NCBI GenBank assembly: GCA_947631975.1
Contig: CANRNM010000001.1
Coordinates: forward strand, 1-60,437
Direction of reading: 5' to 3'
Source: an uncultured Clostridia bacterium
GTDB lineage: Bacteria; Bacillota; Clostridia; Lachnospirales; CAG-274
DNA length: 60,437 nt
Made by a program: the position numbers and the translations under genes. Below are positions 56,224 through 60,437 of the stretch, one piece after another (the stretch's first letter is position 1; each line of letters opens with the position of its first letter). Below the pieces are notes generated by a model. It made no database searches. It saw only the letters and a program-made list of their open reading frames with translations, and was not told where the DNA came from.

Positions 56224-56451
56224 ATGATAATGAATAAAAAAATATGTCCTAAATGCCATAGACAATATACGGAAATTGAAAATTACTGTACTAAATGTGG
56301 CATAGCTCTAGAAAAGCTGCCAAACATATGTTCAGAAAAGAAGACTGATATGTGTATACACAGAGTTTATGATAAAGATGATATATACTGTGCATATTGT
56401 GGCTCTTTGACTACATATGCGAAGGAACAGCTTGAAACACAGTCGAAGTAA
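56224..56451 (+). CDS. Small double zinc-ribbon protein
   Basis: The ATG at 56224 has GAAGGAGG 7 nt upstream. CPKCHRQY...YCTKCG is followed by CIH...YCAYCG. Confidence 0.55.
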   Translation: MIMNKKICPKCHRQYTEIENYCTKCGIALEKLPNICSEKKTDMCIHRVYDKDDIYCAYCGSLTTYAKEQLETQSK

Positions 56452-56527
56452 TAATAATACAAATGCTTCAATATGGAAAGAGGCAGTTATTCGGAATTTC
56501 CGAATAACCCAAAGGGGTGATTTTGAT

Positions 56528-56809
56528 ATGAAATCCGGAATAGTGGAATATGGCAATATTATAGCGATCCCTCCGGGAGAAACGATAAAAGAGCTTTTGA
56601 AAAACAAAGAGTGGACACAAGCGGAGCTTGCGAGGAGGACAGGCTAAAGCGAAAAGCATATAAGCAAAGTCGTAAACGGCAAAAACAGAATAAGCGTTGA
56701 AGCGGCAATAAGGCTTGAAAGGGCGTTGGGAATGACGGCAGAATTTTGGCTGAAATTAGAAAACAATTATAGTCTTGCTTTGGCAAGGATAGAACAAGAG
56801 AAGCAATAA
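56528..56809 (+). pseudogene. higA: HigA-family (XRE HTH) antitoxin gene with an in-frame TAA
   Basis: MKSGIVEYGNIIAIPPGETIKELLKNKEWTQAELARRTG-TAA-SEKHISKVVNGKNRISVEAAIRLERALGMTAEFWLKLENNY. The stop at 56645-56647 lies inside the HTH. No partner toxin gene is adjacent. Confidence 0.7.
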
Positions 56810-57105
56810 ATTCAATATTATATTTATAAAATGTGTAAGCACTTGAATAAGGTGTTTTTTTGTTTTAACACTGCATTTAACACGCCTTTAACGCGCGCGT
56901 GTTAAAAATATATTTATTAAAAAGGAGAACAAACCATGAAGAAATTTACACAGGTAAAAAAGATTATCAACGGCACTTTTTGATAAGCCGCTGACTGAAA
57001 AAAATAAGCCTTGAGGAATTTTTTATCACAATTTTATTGAAAAATTTTGCATTGCAGTTTATAATTAAAATAATAGACATATTAAAAGAGACTGAGGATA
57101 TTTTT

Positions 57106-58080
57106 ATGTACAGGCCACCATTTGAAATCACAAACAAGATAATTGCGGACATTGCCGAAATTGCAGAAATGACAGGGAAGATGACTGAGACATCACAACT
57201 TGGCAGAGACCTAATGCTGCGCAGAAAAAACCGTATCAGTACGGTTTACAGCTCACTGGCTATAGAAAATAATGTTCTTACACCGGAACAGGTAACGGTA
57301 GTGCTTAACGGAAAGCACATTATTGCGCCACCCAAGGACATTATGGAAGTAAAAAATGCTTATGAAATATATGAGCATATGGATACTCTTGACCCTTATT
57401 CCATTGATGCCCTTTTGAAGGCTCACGCGGTAATGATGCGGGGTTTAAATGATGAAACAGGCAATTTCAGAACAAGACCTGTGGGTGTGGTTGACAGCAA
57501 AACAGGCGAAATAATACATTTTGGCACATTGCCCAAATATATTTATACGGCTGTTACCGACCTTCTGAACTGGGCAAAAACTACGGATGTTCATATGCTC
57601 GTCAAAAGTAGCGTTTTTCATTATGAATTTGAACTTATACATCCTTTTGCCGACGGAAACGGACGAATGGGAAGATTATGGCACACTCTTATGCTGTCGA
57701 AATGGAATCCGCTGTTTGCATGGCTGCCCATAGAATCTATGATCCATAACAGACAAGCAGAATATTACGGCGTAATTAACAACTGTAACCATGCAGGTAG
57801 CTCTACGGAATTTATTGTTTTTATGCTCGATGTCATTAAAAATGTGCTAAATGAAAATGCAATGTCGGAAAAAGCGTCGGAAATAATGTCGGAATTGGAA
57901 AAGAGCAGACTTGATGTTATCAATAAATTTTTGTCCGAAAATAACAGCATTACATCAAAAGAAGCTGTCAGACTTCTTGACACAAGCGAGCGAACAGCCC
58001 AAAGACTTCTGAAAAAGGCAAAAGAAATGGGACTTGTTAAGAGTAAAGGTTCTACAAAAAATAAGTGTTATTATATTTAG
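57106..58080 (+). CDS. Fic/DOC family protein with a C-terminal winged-helix-like domain
   Basis: It carries the canonical Fic motif HPFADGNGRMGR. The start at 57106 (MYRPPFEIT) is preferred over the tracked 57037. The C-terminal ~60 aa look like a wHTH (ITSKEAVRLLDTSERTAQRLLKKAKEMGLV). Confidence 0.85.
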   Translation: MYRPPFEITNKIIADIAEIAEMTGKMTETSQLGRDLMLRRKNRISTVYSSLAIENNVLTPEQVTVVLNGKHIIAPPKDIMEVKNAYEIYEHMDTLDPYSIDALLKAHAVMMRGLNDETGNFRTRPVGVVDSKTGEIIHFGTLPKYIYTAVTDLLNWAKTTDVHMLVKSSVFHYEFELIHPFADGNGRMGRLWHTLMLSKWNPLFAWLPIESMIHNRQAEYYGVINNCNHAGSSTEFIVFMLDVIKNVLNENAMSEKASEIMSELEKSRLDVINKFLSENNSITSKEAVRLLDTSERTAQRLLKKAKEMGLVKSKGSTKNKCYYI

Positions 58081-58088
58081 TATTTTAA

Positions 58089-58128
58089 AACAGACTTATT
58101 CAATATTATCGTTGAATAGGCCTGTTTT
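58089..58128 (+). terminator. Intrinsic terminator after the Fic gene
   Basis: A ~14-bp stem AACAG(A)CTTATTCAA / TTGAATAGG(C)CTGTT with one mismatch, followed by TTTT. Confidence 0.55.
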
Positions 58129-58197
58129 AATATCAAAGTATACAGATGTTTATGGTTTATGTGAATAGCAATAATAATAAAGAATATTTTGAGTTTA

Positions 58198-59493
58198 TCA
58201 GTTTTTTAGTGCAGTTATTGGCACTACAAATACCCCGTCGGGTCTTATATATGCCGCATTTGACATTCCGCATATCACGCATAGAACAGACGGTGCAATA
58301 CCACCGTTTTTAAGGATATTATTTTTCAATTCTATAAGAGATTCAGCGGCTTTGTCTATCTGATTTGCGCCAAGCTTTATCTCAAATGCACACCACCTGC
58401 CGTCAGAAAGCTCAATGACTGCATCAATCTCCTTGTTGTTATAGTCCTGATAGTGAAAAAGATTAGCCCCAAATGACTCGGCATAAACCTTCAAGTCACG
58501 CTCTACCAATGCTTCAAACATGAATCCAAAGGTATTCAAATCTCCGATAAGTCTGTCGGGTGTTGCCTTTAACAATGCACAGGCAAGCGAAGGATCACAA
58601 AAATGCCTCTTTTCAGCTTGTTTTACTCTGACAGATGAACGAATATTGGTTGAAAACGGCGGTTGGTTGTCTATTAGGAACAGTCGGTTGAAAACGTCAA
58701 GATAGGTAGTTATTGTATCGTCATCAATAGTTTCATCATCGTTTTCTTTAATGTCGTTGAGCAGTTTTTTCTTTGTTGCGGTAGTACTTTCATTCCGAGC
58801 AAGAGAACGCAGTAGAAGACGCATTTTATTTGTGTCGTATTTTTTATTGTCAATGCGCTGCGAATCATCATCAAGAATAGCGTCAAGATAAGACTGCAGC
58901 AACAGGAATGCGTCTTCCGGAGCAGCATTCAGATTTCCGGGGAAGCCACCGCGTACTGTATAATATGCAAGGTCACGCAGATCTACTTCTCCTGTAAGTA
59001 CACTTTTTAGCTTCCCATTGCATAAATCCTCAAGAGATACTTCTCCGCTTGATTCTCCCGATTCATAAAGCGACATAGTACGCATACGCAGCTTTTCTAC
59101 ACGACCTGCACCGCTGTGGAGAATGCCTTTTCGCTTCGGTGTGGATGAACCAGTCAGAATAAACTGACCTTTATCCGCTCTTTGGTCAACTGTGTAACGA
59201 ACAGCATCCCAGATAGCAGGGACTTCCTGCCATTCGTCAAGCAGACGAGGTGTTTCTCCTTCTAATACCAGAGATGGCGACATTTCTGCAAGGGAACGGT
59301 TCTGAAAATTATTTGATGGATCGCCTATAAGAAACTCGCTATTGCTGTGAAATGAGGAAGTCCACGTTTTACCACACCATTTAGGTCCCTCAATACATAC
59401 GGCGCCAAAAGCGGAAAGATATTTTTTTACCGTAGCGTCTATAACACGGGGCTTATATTTTGATTTATCAGCTATTTTCTTCAAAATAAACAC
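58198..59493 (-). CDS. AAA_14-type ATPase with a DUF4143-like C-terminal domain
   Basis: Walker A GPKWCGKTW, LLDEWQEVP (the DE.Q motif of this family) and ILTGSS. The C-terminal region has a nuclease-fold-like EIDAVIE...FEIK pattern. Confidence 0.7.
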   Translation of the reverse strand: MFILKKIADKSKYKPRVIDATVKKYLSAFGAVCIEGPKWCGKTWTSSFHSNSEFLIGDPSNNFQNRSLAEMSPSLVLEGETPRLLDEWQEVPAIWDAVRYTVDQRADKGQFILTGSSTPKRKGILHSGAGRVEKLRMRTMSLYESGESSGEVSLEDLCNGKLKSVLTGEVDLRDLAYYTVRGGFPGNLNAAPEDAFLLLQSYLDAILDDDSQRIDNKKYDTNKMRLLLRSLARNESTTATKKKLLNDIKENDDETIDDDTITTYLDVFNRLFLIDNQPPFSTNIRSSVRVKQAEKRHFCDPSLACALLKATPDRLIGDLNTFGFMFEALVERDLKVYAESFGANLFHYQDYNNKEIDAVIELSDGRWCAFEIKLGANQIDKAAESLIELKNNILKNGGIAPSVLCVICGMSNAAYIRPDGVFVVPITALKN

Positions 59494-59526
59494 CTCTAAA
59501 TTTATATTATAAATATAGTATAGCTC

Positions 59527-59585
59527 ATTCGGATAAATTATTCAAGTATATTCGGATAAATTTTAAATTTTTGTTCGGTGAAATT
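59527..59585. repeat. Three direct repeats of (A)TTCGG(A/T)(T/G)AAATT upstream of the AAA_14 ATPase gene
   Basis: ATTCGGATAAATT occurs at 59527-59539 and 59550-59562, and TTCGGTGAAATT at 59574-59585. The spacing is 23-24 nt. Confidence 0.6.
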
Positions 59586-60330
59586 TGCATGATGCGGTGT
59601 TTTTGTTATAAAAATCATTTATAACATATGTAAATGGGATTGTTTTTATAAATTGTTGATATTTTTACAAAAATTTGATATAATGTTATATGTTGAATTA
59701 TACAAAAATACCGGAAAAAGATATCATGGAGTGAATAATTATGAGTGAAACATATAGTGCCGGACTTGTGTCGTCGCCTTGGTAGCCGTTTGTGTCGGTT
59801 TCGACAGACAGAATGTTTGAGTTGATGATTTCACGCCCCATGTTTCCATGTACGCACCATTTACTTTTGTTATTCTGTATATGGATGGCCCGAAAGCACA
59901 GCACTGTTCCTATTGCGGTTCGGTTATTGAACGCTCCAAGATGTACAGCAATATGTTTGAGAGGATAAGGGCTCAAAGCGAATTTGCTGATGACAATGAC
60001 GATGTATATATTGTGACAAATACTGCAATGTTAGCGGAAGTAATAAAATCCGAAAGAGAAAATGTGCTGTCTTATTTGAAGGAGACATATGGCATATAAC
60101 AAATGTGAAGGCTCTCCGGAATGTGGCACTTTGGAAATGTCATTGATTTTAATGTACATAAAAATGTCGGCAATACTCGCTATTGCGAATATTGCGGAAA
60201 ACCGACAATGCTTCTTAATGAAAAACTGTTGAAACTATATACAAAAATGCAAGCGAAGCAGGAAGATTCATTTCCTTTTGATGAGGCGTTTCCGTTTAAT
60301 TGATAAAGGCAAAAATTGAGGTGAACATAC

Positions 60331-60437
60331 ATGGCAAAAAAGAACGATGACTTTTTTGTAGAAAAGAAACCGTGGTCTAAGGTAAAAGACGAGTTGCTTG
60401 GATGCTATTTGAAGCCCTATGTGGCTAAGATTTTGTA
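60331..60437 (+). CDS. N-terminal part of a TcmP-like (three-Cys-motif partner) protein; 3' end outside the window
   Basis: The ATG at 60331 has GAGGTG 7 nt upstream. MAKKNDDFFVEKKPWSKVKDELLGCYLKPYVAKIL resembles the K..S..K...L..YL..y start of TcmP proteins. Only 35 codons are visible. Confidence 0.4.
   Translation, partial: MAKKNDDFFVEKKPWSKVKDELLGCYLKPYVAKIL

Noticed and set aside
59698-60303. Small ORFs 59698-59976 (minus strand), 59848-60099 (plus strand) and 60121-60303 (plus strand). The latter two each carry a CxYCG motif.
   Set aside because: They might be genuine zinc-ribbon partners of the TcmP-like gene. However, their starts and RBSs are weak, the first two overlap each other, and I recognise no family. 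They are not listed as features.

Overview
This 60.4-kb window looks like it comes from a spore-forming Firmicute, probably a Clostridia-type gut or plant-fibre degrader. That guess rests on gene content only. All calls come from motif recognition in the ORF translations and from reading the DNA; no database search was possible.

The window has two visibly different parts.

(1) nt 1-33,850 is ordinary chromosome of moderate GC:
- purL (5' end outside the window)
- a very large secreted pectin methylesterase / SGNH esterase / SLH protein
- exonuclease III and a rhodanese
- a type IV pilus assembly cluster, pilD-pilC-pilM(N)-pilO-pilB-pilT, with no pilin gene
- a 5'-truncated CotJC/Mn-catalase gene that abuts a large serine recombinase whose ATG appears mutated to ATA
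- tsaE-tsaB-rimI, a Lon-like protease, a radical-SAM activase, adenosine deaminase and prfC
- a CAP-domain protein with Pro/Thr repeats
- two tandem L,D-transpeptidase paralogues, the second catalytically dead
- xylA-xylB and an Fe-S aldo/keto reductase

(2) From 33,823 onward the sequence is a markedly AT-rich accessory island. It is inserted in a NodB-type polysaccharide deacetylase gene. The 3' gene fragment is at 33220-33846, and two diverged copies of the 5' fragment lie at 50427-50687 and 54773-55000. The junctions share a 10-bp core and carry 20-bp inverted arms that rebuild a palindromic serine-integrase attP.

The island contains:
- the most interesting object in the window: a co-directional six-gene module at 33959-42401. 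It encodes a WYL regulator, a dynamin-like GTPase, a tail-anchored membrane protein, a 1086-aa protein with a HerA/FtsK-type ATPase half and an unrecognisable N-terminal half, an HNH-like toxin, and an immunity protein. I cannot match this combination to any described defence or conflict system.
- a Rep_trans-like initiator/relaxase and a second large serine recombinase
- AbiH
- a decayed HerA-plus-nuclease module
- a single-gene primase-polymerase / SF2 helicase / PLD fusion

The AT-rich, defence/TA-like content continues beyond the deacetylase 5' end to the window edge. It includes a truncated HExxH protein, a nonsense-mutated HigA, a Fic protein, an AAA_14/DUF4143 ATPase and the start of TcmP.

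No rRNA, tRNA or CRISPR array was seen.
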